Source of the DNA: Eledone cirrhosa
Taxonomy: Eukaryota
Direction: 5' to 3'
Assembly: GCA_964016885.1 (NCBI GenBank)
Contig: OZ024742.1
Span: 267,406,001-267,470,000 of the forward strand
Length of the DNA stretch: 64,000 nucleotides
Each line of letters opens with the position of its first letter. The stretch's first letter is position 1. The notes under the pieces are model-generated. The model was not told the DNA's origin, ran no database searches, and saw only the letters and a program-made list of their open reading frames with translations. The position numbers and the translations under genes were made by a program. Of this stretch, positions 50,201 through 63,942 are shown in pieces.

Positions 50201-52708
50201 CTAGCAACGAAACGGCACTGGACCAGTTCTTCGACGCGAAACACGAAAGCTGCGTTGTCAGAAGTAAATCACGTGCTCTAGGAAACGAGGGAGCGAAAGC
50301 TGTCAGCTGAGCCCTAGTGGCAGGGGCGAAAATTGGCAACAAGCCACGATTCGGTCTTTGAAAGACCAAAACGGACGCGTGCTACTTGACGCCAAGAGGA
50401 TGTGCGCGTCTTTCAGCGGCACTTTGCGCAACTGTTCTGGCAGAGTGGTGGTGCGTCGAACGGGGCAATGGACTTCGGTTCATACCTCGACGGCCTGTCG
50501 CATCTCTCGAGCATGGATGCCGAGTTCTGCGAAAGACCGATCAAAGCCACTGAGATACGGGACGCTCTTGGCTGCTGCGGGAAACGCAAATCACCCGGTC
50601 TAAATAGTTTACCCTATGAGTTTTACATAGGCATGCCGAACTTGTTCTCTTGCGTCCTCCAGGCGGCAGGTTTCGGACCCGTCTTCAGAGGCTGGATCGC
50701 CGCAATGAACACCAACATCTGCTCGATGATCAATGTGAACAGCTCCGATAGATAGCCGTTCGCAATCACGCGTTCCAACCGACAGGGATGCCCTCTCCAT
50801 TCTGTACGTACTGACTCTACAGCCACTACTGTGGAAGCTGGAGCTGTTGCAAGGCATTCCGTTGGAACGGGGACTGTGGAAAGTGGCGTCGGCTTATGCC
50901 GACGACATGACGGTAATGGTGTCGGAAGCCTCCGAAATCGGGGCGATCAGCAACTTACTGTAGGAATACGAAAGACTCACAGGAGCAAAACTGAACCCAG
51001 CTCAGCGCCTATGGTGGTGAGCAAGGAGGTAGCCCTGGGGCCGAGGACACCAGAAGTTTCCACTGCTAGGGGAACGACTGCAAACCTGTCGGAGAGCGAC
51101 CGGTATTTGAGGAGTTTGGCCCCCTCAGCCCGACGTGCAGCAGAACTTGGGTCAGTCGCAGACTGCACCAGGTTGCGGCTGCAGAAAGTGTCGGTGCAAG
51201 TGGCATCCCAGACGAGGGGTTTGCCACCGCGGATGGGGAAGATGGTCATGCAATCTGGCCTTTTGCCGTCCACCGGCTCGGACGGACGGACCGGTTAAAT
51301 TGCTCGGGGTCTGGTTCGGTCCGGACCTCCAGGTGGAGAAAAACTGGAACGAGGTCACGGCCAAGGTTTTGCGCTCACCCAGAATTGGGAAGAGTGTAAA
51401 CTATCCTTGAAAGGTCGAGCGGAGGTGGCGAACACTTTAATAGCGTCCGTCATCTACTAGCGCTTGACCCTTGTGCCTTGTCCCCGTGAACACCTCACCA
51501 AGATGGAACGCATGCTTTTCCAGTTCCTTTGGAAGAAACAGGCTCCACTGGTGAGGAGATTCGTCTGCTGTCAGCACCCTTCCAACGGAGGACTGGGAAT
51601 GCTGTGGCTGATGATGCACAAGCATGCGCTGAGGCTACGGTATCTACAGGTATTCCTCACCGAACCCCAATCGGTATGGGCACCGTTTGTGAGATAGGCC
51701 TTCCTGAAACTTGTCTCGCTGACTGAGCTGCAGTCCTGGGTCAAGCGAAGACCGAAGAAGATGGGCGCATGGCACATTGAATGCACTCAGGCGCTCACAG
51801 TCCTCTGTCCAACGGGCACGGCATTCAGTTGAGGCTCCACTTTGACATTCTATAGAGGCGTATTACGTCACAAGGGCGACGACGTGCTCGGAGAGACTCT
51901 AGGCGTCGAACTCACCAGTCTGTTTGGTAGGACTTTCCACCCGGGACCCATGGACAACTTCCAGAGGTCCGTAGCCTGGCAGTGCTACCGAGGAGCTCTA
52001 CCAGCTCGTGACAAGATCTACAAGCACGGACGCCCCGGCAGGGATCCTACCAAGAGGACGTGTCCAAGATGCGCGCAGGACATTGAAACCGTCCTGCACG
52101 AAATTGTAGACTTCCCGGGCGTAACCGACCTGTGGAACTACGCGGAACAACTGCTGTCCCGTATGGGACAAATCCAGTTGACTACTGAGTCCATAGTAAG
52201 GATCAAACCGCCAACTTCTTTCAAAAACGAAAGACAGGCGGTTTTCCTCTGTATAGTGGCTATGGTGAAAAAAGGTTATATGGTGGACGAGATTGAGAGG
52301 ACTGAGGACAGATGCCTTTCTCTCCAGACAGCAACTCATTCCTTTCCTAAGATACCACTTTAGAAGGAGAATCAGAGTGGAGAGAGAGGCACTGCACCCC
52401 AGTAAATTTACTTACAGGTGGGTGAATGTGGCAAAAATGCCCCGAGTGATTGGGCCTTCTCTGTATATAAAACTGCAGGTTGAAGAAGAGCGCAAAGGAA
52501 GAAAAGAGAACTTGCACAAAACGCTCCTGAAGTTGAGGGTTGTTCTATCGACGGGGTATTAAACAACCCATTCGTGGCGCTTCCCCCTTATTGGGGATTT
52601 CGATTGTTGTAATTGTTTGTTTTTATATTTTTTACACGACTATGTAAAATCCCCGACATGCCTTTGTATTGTCCCCTTTTCTTGTGCGCCCTTGTGGCTA
52701 ATAAAGAA
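47266..52708 (+). mobile_element. Tx1/L1-group element E4, degenerate, internal deletion and foreign insert
   Basis: ORF1 47449-49171 (CFRCNSTTHLKTSC); ORF2 from 49214 with YADD; AATAAA at 52700, then (ATCT)n. Confidence 0.9.
50999..51279 (-). mobile_element. Restriction-like endonuclease fragment of a CRE-type element inside E4
   Basis: DGKRPDCMTIFP.RGGKPLVWDATC...AEGAKLLKY...VPLAVETSG. Confidence 0.8.
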
Positions 52709-52730
52709 ATCTATCTACCTATCTATCTAT

Positions 52731-53674
52731 AGACACCTGAAGTGTCTTAGGCGCTCACAGCCCTGTACAGAGTGGAAACCGCAATCAGCGGAGACTTCAA
52801 TTCGACATTCTAGAGGGGATTAATGGAGGATAAGTGCGACGATCTTCTCGGGGAAAATCTAGGCATCGAAGAGGACGAATTGACGAGGCTATTCAGGTGG
52901 ACTTTCCGTCCAGGGCCTATGGATAACTTCCAGAGATCTCTGGCTTGGCAGTGCTACCGAGGAGCTCTACCAGTTCGAGACAAAATCTACAGGCACGGAC
53001 GACCTGGCAGGGATCCTGCCAAAAGGGCCTGTCCAATATGCGAGCAGGACATTGAAACCGTCCTGCACGCAATTGTTCAGTGCCCAGGGGTGACCGACTG
53101 TGGAATTTTGTGAACAGCTACTGTCGCGTGTGGGACGCATCCAATTGTTAGTCGAGTCCATCGTGAGGATCACCCTGCCGGTTTCATTTAAGAATGAAGA
53201 AGAAGCGGTTTTCTTCTGTCTGGTGGCTATTGCGAAAGAGGTAATATGGTGGACGAGGTTAAAAGGACTGAGGGCAAACACCTTTCTCTCCGGACAACAA
53301 CTCATCTTCTTCTTTAAATACCATTTCAGAAGGAAGGTGAGAGTGTAGAGTGAGGTGCTCCACCGCATCAAAGTCGCTGAAAAGTGCGTGAATGTGGCGA
53401 AAATATCCTGAGTGAATGGGCCTTCTCTGTATATAAAGCTGTAGTTTCAGGAAGACAAACAGAGGTAAGACAGGAATACCTACAGAACGTACACTGGTGT
53501 TAAGGGTTGTTCTATCCACGGGGTGTAAAACAACCCCGCAGTACGTTCCCCCCTATTGGGGATTTAGATTTGTTTTATTTTATATATAGTTTATTTTCAT
53601 TCCTTATTGTTAAAACCCCCGCCATCACGTCTTGTAATATCCCATTTTTGTACGCCCTTGTGGCAAATAAAGAA
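52731..53674 (+). mobile_element. Tx1/L1-group element E5, 5'-truncated 3' fragment bounded by (ATCT)n
   Basis: GPMDNFQRSLAWQC, CPIC...ETVLH; AATAAA at 53666, then atctatctatct; ATCT repeats at 52709-52730. Confidence 0.9.
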
Positions 53675-55059
53675 ATCTATCTATCTACCTACCAACTTTC
53701 TTAGTGTCCATGCTACCTACATACCTATTCACCTATCCACGTATCTATCAATCAATAAATAAATAAATCAATCAATCCATTTATCTAGTTACCTATCTAT
53801 CTGTCTATCTATCTATTCATGTGTGTGTATAAGTGTAGGTGTTCATGCTCTCACATACAGAAACAACATATATACAAACATGTGCATATATACATTGTCG
53901 GTTTTCTTTTTGTTTTTAATTACTTGCTTCTTTTAGATCGACTCATAATTATGTATATAACTATTCACACGAATCCGCCTCTCAAAATCACGTGCGTTCA
54001 TCCCATGACATTAGACAGGACATTCATAAACCAGAGATCACAAACACACACACGCACATACACACACGTACACACTCTATGATGTAGAAACACACGCACA
54101 CCGCACACATACAGAAACATGCACACTCTATAACGGCAGCGAATGGAAACATATACTTACATATCATCCATACACTGATCAATACAACGGTTTCCGGTCT
54201 GCCATTAAACAATGATCATTTACATTCCACGTTGGTCACCTTTATAATGTACTTGAACTGTCTTATACATCAATCTTCCCCCTCACTCTCTCAATCTCAA
54301 TCTGTCTCTCTCACTTACTCGCTCACTCTCACATTTTATCCGTATATGTCTATATATCTCTTGCTTCCTTCTATTTATGTCTGTATAATTCTTGTCTTGT
54401 TCCATTTATTTCTGTTTTGCCACCCATCCCTGCTTTACTATTTTACCCATGACACTTTCTCTCAATTTTACTCCCCCCCTCACAAATATGTGTGTGAGTG
54501 GGTATACATATAGTCGTATATCTTGCAAATTTATCTCTTTCGCTCACAAGAATGTACATACACTCACATCGACATCGACTGCCTCTCTCTTGCTCGCTAT
54601 TCATGCCTGTGTCCCATTGTTTCTTACTCTTTCTATACATTGTGATTAACCTATCTATCTGATTGTTCGTCTCTCTCCTCTTTCCCTCTAACTCACTCCT
54701 ATATCTGTGTTTATCAAAACCTAAATCCTCATTATCAACCGCGCACCGTCATTACTACCACAAATACCAGAATGTCGAAGAACATCTCCATTACAACCAC
54801 GAACAACAAAACATTAACAATACAATACACAAAACAAAGGTAGCGATGGAGCTGCAATCATGTGGTTTCAGCTGCTAGGAGTATCAGCTATACCTGTCAC
54901 AGTTCGACCATACCAGTAAAGAAACGATGGTTACGACAGGAAAGTGTTTGTTCATAGATCTGCATATTCAGTCCTGTACTGTTACTACTACTACTACTAC
55001 AAGAGTATGCTATCATATCATATGCAGTTCACCACTTCCATATATATATATATATATAG

Positions 55060-55268
55060 ACAGTCGATCGACTTTCGTCAAATAGGACCGAGGAGACAAT
55101 GTATCCATTGATCTTTCCAATTGCTAATACTATCTATCGGTCCCAATGCCAGGTGGAAGGAGAAACGTGATATAAAGTGTTTTGTTCAAGGACATAACGC
55201 ATCGCACGCTCCAAGAATTGAACTCACAACCTCACGATTACGAATCCAATTCTCTTACCACTCGGCCA
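55060..55268 (-). mobile_element. SINE family A
   Basis: Reverse complement matches 5806-6012. Confidence 0.8.
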
Positions 55269-56109
55269 TCATCACAAATACACGAGATGTCACTATATCA
55301 TAAATACAACCACATATACGCCACACTACTGCCACCTGTCTTTATCACCACACCCATTAGCACTATTCTTACTACTCTCACTTCTACCACTCTTACTATC
55401 CCTCTCTATCGTAATTCATCTTCTCTTTTTTCCTGTTAAATCTGAGTTGTTCTTAGCGTGATTAAATGTATTATTTCGTTATTGAACAGGCAATGAAAAT
55501 GCGTAGTGAAGGATAAGGTGAGAGGTAAGGGAAATAGATTTATAGGAATCAAACAGGAAGGGATGGAGTTACAGAAAAAGATAGACCGAGCGGAGACAAA
55601 GAGAAGTAAACTGGGGTGGTGTAAAAGAAAGTAGCGAGAGACAGAAAGATCATGGTTTAGGGAGCTGATAGATTGATTGGAAACAAGGGTGGAGGTAAAA
55701 GAGATAAAGAGGAGAGACTACAATTAGAGCATATGAAATATATAGAGAGGAATAAATGTAGAGTACAAGAACTAAGGGGAGATTGATAAAAAGAGAATAT
55801 GAAATAACGATGGAGGAAATGAGGGATATAAAGAATGTATGAGATAGAGTGGGAGATATTAGGAGAGAGAATGAGAAACTGAGAATGAAGGGAGAGAGAG
55901 AGAGGGAGGGGAGAAGAGAATGAAAGAGAGAGATTAGAGAGAGGAGATGCAGAGTTTAGTTAAATAAAGTTGTCTCATAGCAAAACATTGAAGTAACTCT
56001 CTGTAGAGAAACACGTTCGACCAATAAAACCTATCTTTATGGACGTCGTTTTATAGACAGCAGCGTTATCGATATTAACATCACTATCACTACAACCACT
56101 ATAATCATT

Positions 56110-56257
56110 ACAATCATCATCATCATCAGCAGCATTAGCAGCAGTAATAGCAACTCAAGAATAACTGCAGCATTGAAAGCGACGGCAACAACAATAGCGT
56201 CTTTACTGACATCATTATCAACCACATCATCATCATCATCGTCATCACGATCATCAT

Positions 56258-56291
<34 letters not shown>

Positions 56292-56405
56292 CCTCGATCA
56301 TCATTTATAAGATCAATGCTATCATCGATATCATCACCTAAATCATCAAGATCTTTATCTTCATCACCATCATCATTATAATGATAACCTTGATCACCAT
56401 CATCA
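56110..56405. repeat. Degenerate (CAT)n microsatellite
   Basis: Direct reading. Confidence 0.85.
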
Positions 56406-56733
56406 ACTGCAGTAGCAGCATTACCGTCAGTTTATAATTATTATGAGTTCAAACCGCGCAGAGGTTGACAAATTTTTTTATCTTTGCTTGAAGCATAAAT
56501 TTAGTATCATTAAATCACTGAAGACAATTTAATCAACTATCTACAACCCATACTAAAATCGCCTAGACGTTACCTTACATAGAAATCAATACTATTAATT
56601 TTCAGAAATGTATTGCATCTGACACAATACCGTTATGATTTCAAACGCCACTGTCGCCAAATTTACTTTTCTAGACAATGTGTGAAATTCGTATATTATA
56701 TATACAAAGGCATACACACACATAAACACACAC

Positions 56734-56812
<79 letters not shown>

Positions 56813-56832
56813 CATCGATGTATACGCACATT

Positions 56833-56885
<53 letters not shown>

Positions 56886-57179
56886 ATATATATGTATATA
56901 CGATTTTGCTTCGGTTTACGTAATATGAAACGGTACCGTAGGGTAGTTAAGGACTTCTCCACCTTATATTATGTACTTTTTCCTAAAGATTACATCCTTT
57001 ATATATATGCACAAAACACTATGCGTTTCATTAACGATATATGGCGCTTTCTCCTTATGTATATGCATATATCTTTTGCTTTGTATTATTGATGGTCTGG
57101 ACAAACCTCCATTGAGCTTTTCTACTGAGAAACATAATCATCATACATATTATATATGCTCTGATACCTTAACCTAGTA

Positions 57180-57238
<59 letters not shown>

Positions 57239-57489
57239 TGCAAATTCTGGCAAATTCTGATTGGAAGTATTGCAATCGCTTGTCAGATTATTATAGAGTT
57301 TGGTACAGTTTGGTACACTCTTACGCTACGACCAGCCACACGAACCTGTAACATATCCTGAACAAGCAATGCCTGTGCTTTGAAGGGTTTTTAAGTAGTG
57401 GGGAAAGGCCTTGTATTCGACCAATCTCGCTCTCCTATCTTCGAAAACTCTACCTGAAAAGGAGAACTGGCTAACATCATCGGATGCTT

Positions 57490-57548
57490 CCGAAGCCGCA
57501 GGTTTTTTTTCAGAGCTTCCCTCTCCTAGAAAGGTGTTATGACAACAA
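57490..57548 (-). mobile_element. RTE-leader-related fragment
   Basis: Reverse complement ttctaggagagggaagctctgaaaaaaaacctgc resembles 11275-11310 ttctaggagaaagaaaactctgatataacacctgc. Confidence 0.45.
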
Positions 57549-57568
57549 CTAGAGTCCTTTCACTCCCA

Positions 57569-57804
<236 letters not shown>

Positions 57805-58390
57805 ACTAAACGAAATAATAGAAAAACAATATCAAAAAGAAGACAGAAGTTGGTGTATCTTCAGATTATTTGTTCTAACCTGATACGATGTGAGAAAAAC
57901 TCGGTGCATAATGCTTAACGCTACTTAACGCTACACTCTTCAACACAAAGCAAGAAAAAAAGAAGAGATAATATATATACGTTTGTGCTTAGTTTTAAAT
58001 CCAGTCATTTGTAAAGGGAAATAGCGTTGACTGTTGAGGTAAGCACGAACACATGAGTGTGATCATAAAGGCAAATACAGACATGTAATGCTAAGTCTGT
58101 GTAAACAGACGAAGCAAACAAGTATAGCCTGTACATGTGAGTATGAGGCGATGTGCATGTTTAGAAGAATTGATTTGGTGTTTTCAGTCCAGTTGGGTTA
58201 TAGGTTTGTAATCTAAAAGAAACGAACGTTGCTCGTAGTTTTGTCTCAATCGCGAGGAAACGTAATGCAAAGCCAGTCTAATCGCATTGAAATTATTGAT
58301 GGAATGTTCGGAAGATCGAAGGTGGAGGGAAACATGGTAATCATTTCTGTGTAAAATGGAAGAGAGGTGTTTGGCAAAATAATCTGCTTA

Positions 58391-58462
58391 ATGGCTACTA
58401 GTTTGTTCGATGTAAAGCGCATCGCACAACGAGCTGCGTCTGCTAAACATCAACGAACCGAA
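58391..58462 (+). CDS. Possible first coding exon of a host gene (MATSLFDVKRIAQRAASAKHQRTE)
   Basis: ATG at 58391, open frame to aa|gtatgt donor; upstream donor ag|gtaagc (58039) and acceptor ttttcag (58187) in unique DNA. Confidence 0.3.
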
Positions 58463-59092
58463 GTATGTATTGTCATATTTTTAATGCTTAGCTAGCATTA
58501 TGATTTAATGTCGGCTGTTTTGATTAGTGTTTTTCGAATGCGATTCCTTTTAAAAATAGGATCTAAATTATTGAAGGGAATAAGCTTAAAATACCAAATT
58601 GTGTAATGTTGCACAACTACTTTTTGTCTAGATTGGTGTAGTTTTATATTATGTGACGGAGAAATAGATGATTACAGTGAGAGAGAGAGAGAGAGAGAGA
58701 AAAATTGCGGTGTGAGGAACATGGTACGATACTGATTAGACGTAAGATATAAGAAGTGAGCGTATGTATATCTGATATGCAGTAAAAATGAGAACAATGG
58801 AATATCAAATGACAGATAAGATAGTGGTGTACTCCATTTAAAGTGTATTTCTCATCCCAACTATAAACCAAATCAAGGAAGAAAATCACTTTTTTCATTT
58901 CATCGTGAGAACATTCCAGAATGTTTCTATTGTTAAAGATTACCTAAGAAAACAAATCACATTCGCAAATATTTGTTTCATTTACCAATCACTAGTTTCC
59001 ACATCCTTGTGCATTTATAGGTTCACCAGAGTTCATAAGACGATTTCACAAAACTTCTCTCCCCTCAAATAAGACTAATGCCGATGGTAAAT

Positions 59093-59376
59093 ATTATTAT
59101 GAATAGACAGGACCAGTAATACACTGGGATAATTGCTGGCCTTGTGCCAAAAGTAGAAATAATTATTATGAATAGACAATGGGGGATTGGCAGTATCGGT
59201 AGATGGTCGGACGCCATGCTTTCCAGCATAGTTACTCCCTTTACAATCTGAGTTCAAATCCCGCCGAGGCTGACTTTGCCTTTCATATTTATGGGGTCGA
59301 TAAAATAAAGTACCAGTAATGTAGTGTATAATTGCTGGCCTTGTACCAAAAAAGAAACAATTATTATGAATAGACA
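59093..59376 (+). mobile_element. SINE family B plus an extra tail copy, separated by attattatgaatagaca direct repeats
   Basis: gagttcaaatcccgccgagg...gggtcgataaaataaagtaccag; direct repeat near 59093, 59162 and 59360. Confidence 0.85.
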
Positions 59377-59391
59377 TGAAACCAGTAGCAA

Positions 59392-59417
59392 TATTACTAC
59401 TATTGCTGCTGCTATTA

Positions 59418-59471
<54 letters not shown>

Positions 59472-59574
59472 GATGCTACTGCTGCTACTAGTACTACCTC
59501 TACTAAGCTGCTGCTGCAACTACTACTACTTCTACTACTACTGCTGCTGCTACTACTATTACTACTACTACTAC

Positions 59575-59608
<34 letters not shown>

Positions 59609-59707
59609 GCTGCTACTAGTACTACTGCTGCTACTGCTGCTACTAGTACTACTTCTACTAAGCTGCTGCTGCAACTACTACTACTTCTACTACTACTGCT
59701 GCTACTG

Positions 59708-59772
<65 letters not shown>

Positions 59773-59889
59773 ACTACTACTACTATTACTACTACTACTA
59801 CTACTACTACTACTAATAATAATAATACTGCTGCTACTAGTACTACTTCTACTAAGCTACTGCTGCTACTACTTCTACTTCTACTGCTG

Positions 59890-59940
<51 letters not shown>

Positions 59941-60015
59941 TTACTACTGCTACTACTACTACTGCTGCTGCTGCTACTACTACTACTTCTACTAATGTTG
60001 CTGCTGCTGCTCATG

Positions 60016-60071
<56 letters not shown>

Positions 60072-60146
60072 GCTGCTACTGCTGCTTCTAGTACTACTTC
60101 TACTAAGATGCTGCTGCAACTACTACTACTGCTGCTGCTGCTGCTG

Positions 60147-60185
<39 letters not shown>

Positions 60186-60278
60186 TTACTACTGCTACTA
60201 CTACTACTGCTACTACTACTACTGCTGCTGCTGCTGCTACTACTACTACTTCTACTAATGTTGCTGCTGCTGCTCATG

Positions 60279-60310
<32 letters not shown>

Positions 60311-60323
60311 GCTACTACTAATG

Positions 60324-60387
<64 letters not shown>

Positions 60388-60388
60388 A
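59392..60388. repeat. (CTA)n/(CTG)n trinucleotide array with higher-order units
   Basis: tagtactacttctactaag recurs near 59490, 59645, 59838 and 60088. Confidence 0.95.
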
Positions 60389-60817
60389 ACACGCACGGCA
60401 ACAACACCAACACTAAACTGATTATTACACATAAATCCTTGAACGTCAAATTGATGAGGCTATTGCAAACATTTTATTGCCATACCCCCATCTATTTTCT
60501 TTTCATTTCTCTTTGATTTCTATGTCTTGTTGCTGGCGTGACTTGACCGCACTGAAATATTGAAAAAGCTGGATTATATCGATGCAAACATAATCTCAGT
60601 AAACAGACATTATACATTATGGCTGTCTGTTTTAATGGCAATACTTAAAAAGTTATCACTATTTTACAATAGAGACTGGGGGCGCAAGGTTAAAGTTTAT
60701 ATTGTCAAACGAATAATATGAAGAAAAGCATACACGAAACACCAAGAACTCTGACGTCAGTACACACATTGGAATACACACATTCACATAAACAGACATA
60801 TGCATCCATCAACTTAC

Positions 60818-61010
<193 letters not shown>

Positions 61011-61149
61011 CATCAATTTGTCTTGCATCGCCTGGTCCTGTGGTATATATATATATATTATATATATATATATATATATGAAATAGGAAAATGTATGACC
61101 CCCGACGGCAGAGCTCAAGCCGTTTCGACGGCTATTTCTCTCTATATAT

Positions 61150-61354
61150 ATCGATCGACTTTCGTCAAATCGAACCGGGTAAACAATGTTTTCGTCGGTC
61201 TTTCTAGTTGCTAGTACTATCTATTTGTCGCAACTCCAGGAAGAAGGAACAACGTGAAATAAAGTGTCTTGCTCAAGGACATAACGCACCGCCCGGTACA
61301 GGAATCGAACACACAACATGAAGATGATTGTGAATCCAATTCTCTAACCACTCA

Positions 61355-61358
<4 letters not shown>
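61150..61358 (-). mobile_element. SINE family A
   Basis: tcgatcgactttcgtcaaat...gtgtcttgctcaaggaca...ggaatcgaac. Confidence 0.8.
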
Positions 61359-61420
<62 letters not shown>

Positions 61421-61432
61421 GCTATATAAATG

Positions 61433-61469
<37 letters not shown>

Positions 61470-61898
61470 ATAATTGTTTCTACTTTTGGCACAAGGCCAA
61501 CAATATACCAGTACATTACTGGTACTTTATTTTATCAACACCGTACGGACGAAGGGCAAAGTTAACCTTGACGGGATTTGAACTCAGACCGTACAGGGAA
61601 GTAACTATGCTGGAAAGCATGGTGTTCGACCATCTAACAATACTGCCAATTCGCCGCCCTATATATATAGTAATATAATTCACCGCCCTATATATATATA
61701 TATAGTAATAATAATAATTGTTTCTATTTTTGGCACAAGGCCAGCAATTAAACCAGTGTATTACTGGTACTTTATTTTTCGACCCCGTAAGGATGAATGG
61801 GAAAGTTAACCTCGGCGGGATTTGAACTCAGATCATAAAGGCCGTAACTCTTTGCTGCAAAACAAGGCGTCCGACCCTCTACAGATATTGCCAATCCA
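61470..61898 (-). mobile_element. Two tandem SINE family B copies
   Basis: ttggcacaaggcca...ctggtactttatttt...ggatttgaactcaga twice (61470-61660, 61715-61898). Confidence 0.85.
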
Positions 61899-62299
61899 CT
61901 TGAAAACTAAAATCTAAAGAGGCCTCGATAAGGATAAATATATAGAGAAATAAATATATTGAGCAAATATTTATTAAAGTTTAAGCAAAAAATCGCAGTC
62001 CTCACCCTTAACGGGATTTTCTGAAACTCAGAAGATCCCGTTAAGGGTAAAAGCAACGATTCTTTACTTAAACTTTAATCTGTTATTTTAATAAATAAAT
62101 AAATATATAAATAAATAAATAAATATATATATATATATATAATTTTATATATATATTGTTATACTTTGGGAGGGTCATGTTGCCAAAAAGAAACACACGC
62201 ACCAGCTGCTTTCACTTCAATTTATTATAATAAATTTATAAATTTAGGAATTTATAAATTTCCGGTTGGTTGGTTGGTTCCACAACCAGATGGTTGTTT

Positions 62300-62810
62300 A
62301 TATATTGTTAAAGTTCTTTCGTCACACATTCTGTGACCTCTTCAGTGACTGGGGATTCTTTTCTTTGTTTTTGTGCCTCTTCTTTGTTCTGTCCTACGCC
62401 ATTTTGTTTCTGTGTGTGTGTTGTGTGCTTAGTCTGCGCATGCGCCACATCCGGATGTCTGTGTGTGTTTATATTCGTTTATTTATTTGTTTATTTATTT
62501 GTTTATTTACATGTTACAGGTTGGTTGTTTGTTCTGTGTGCGTGTGTGTTTTCATTTTGTCCTTAATTGTAAGTTGTGATGTTGCTGTTCCACTCATGTT
62601 TTCTATTTAATTTTGGTTGTAATCTTGCTAAACAAATGTATATATATATATATAAATCAATTTTCTGTATCTATATCATTTTTAATATCTCGGCTTGCTG
62701 CAGGCCAACCAAAATAGAATCTCTATATAAAGTCTGCACCGAAACATTCACTGATTCACTGAGCACTACCCGGGTCTGTGATCCCTACAGTGTCCTTGCC
62801 ACAAACACTT
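62300..62810 (-). mobile_element. Penelope-like 3' end/pLTR with hammerhead
   Basis: Reverse complement encodes RLQPKLNRK near 62600; tgcgcatgcgc at 62435; hammerhead at 62307-62349. Confidence 0.65.
62307..62349 (-). ncRNA. Minimal type I hammerhead ribozyme
   Basis: Reverse complement: guca CUGAAGA g gucaca-gaaug-ugugac GAAA g-aa-c UU uaac. Confidence 0.7.
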
Positions 62811-62811
62811 C

Positions 62812-62861
<50 letters not shown>

Positions 62862-63250
62862 ATAAATTATCGAGATTCGCATTTCAGCCCATGAAATAAC
62901 GAAAAACAACCTCCGAGATGTGCGGCAAGTGCTCAATGATTCAGATGAACCAGAGCTATAACAAACGTTAAAGGCCAAACACACTGAGACGATAGTTAAA
63001 CGATCATTCGTATAGCCAAAAAAACAACAAAAAACGATCAAGTAATTCGGGTATTGAAAATTTACCCGAACCCTGGTAGTTGGTAAAATCCAGTATATGG
63101 GTTTCTGCGGCTACTAAATCAAGTACCGTCCGCCTACATAAATAATGTCAGGCTTCTGGTAAGATGATTGAACAAGGACGCCACTTTCTCAACAGGTTTT
63201 AGTTCAATGTTAATACAAGGACTGACTATTGCTGACCCCACGTATACATA

Positions 63251-63280
<30 letters not shown>

Positions 63281-63285
<5 letters not shown>

Positions 63286-63815
63286 CAACTAGAGATTGAT
63301 TAACATATAAATATACATGAATAATCACAGGAGATAATTTTTGATTGCGTGTAACCACGCATAGCTAGTATAGGTAATATTTACCTTTAAGTGTGATTAA
63401 CCTTTCCTTGTATATATCCCATTAAAGAAATATATTTCACCAATTAATCAGATAGTAAGTCACGGAGAGTGGATATTATTGGATTGTCAACAACGAAAGT
63501 AATAATTTTCCAGCTATTCGTGCTTACAGAGCGAGAACAGATCTTCAATGAAGATTTGATCTCGCTCTGTAAGCACGAATAGCTGGAAAATTATTACTTT
63601 CGTTGTTGACAATCCAATAATATCCACTCTCCGTGACTTACTATCTGATTAATTGGTGAAATATATTTCTTTAATGGGATATATACAAGGAAAGGTTAAT
63701 CACACTTAAAGGTAAATATTACCTATACTAGCTATGCGTGGTTACACGCAATCAAAAATTATCTCCTGTGATTATTCATGTATATTTATATGTTAATCAA
63801 TCTCTAGTTGTTATA
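63281..63815. repeat. 535-bp near-perfect palindrome centred on 63548
   Basis: Arms of 267 bp are reverse complements, 1-nt centre, two mismatches near the centre; (TA)n flanks. Confidence 0.97.
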
Positions 63816-63942
63816 ATATGCTCAGATTTATTTATCTTTGAGCTTAAATTCCCAGGATATATGGCGCATGCATTATGTCATGACACCCATGATTTCGATT
63901 TAGATTAAATTCATTTAATTCATTTATCTTAATTTTGGACTT

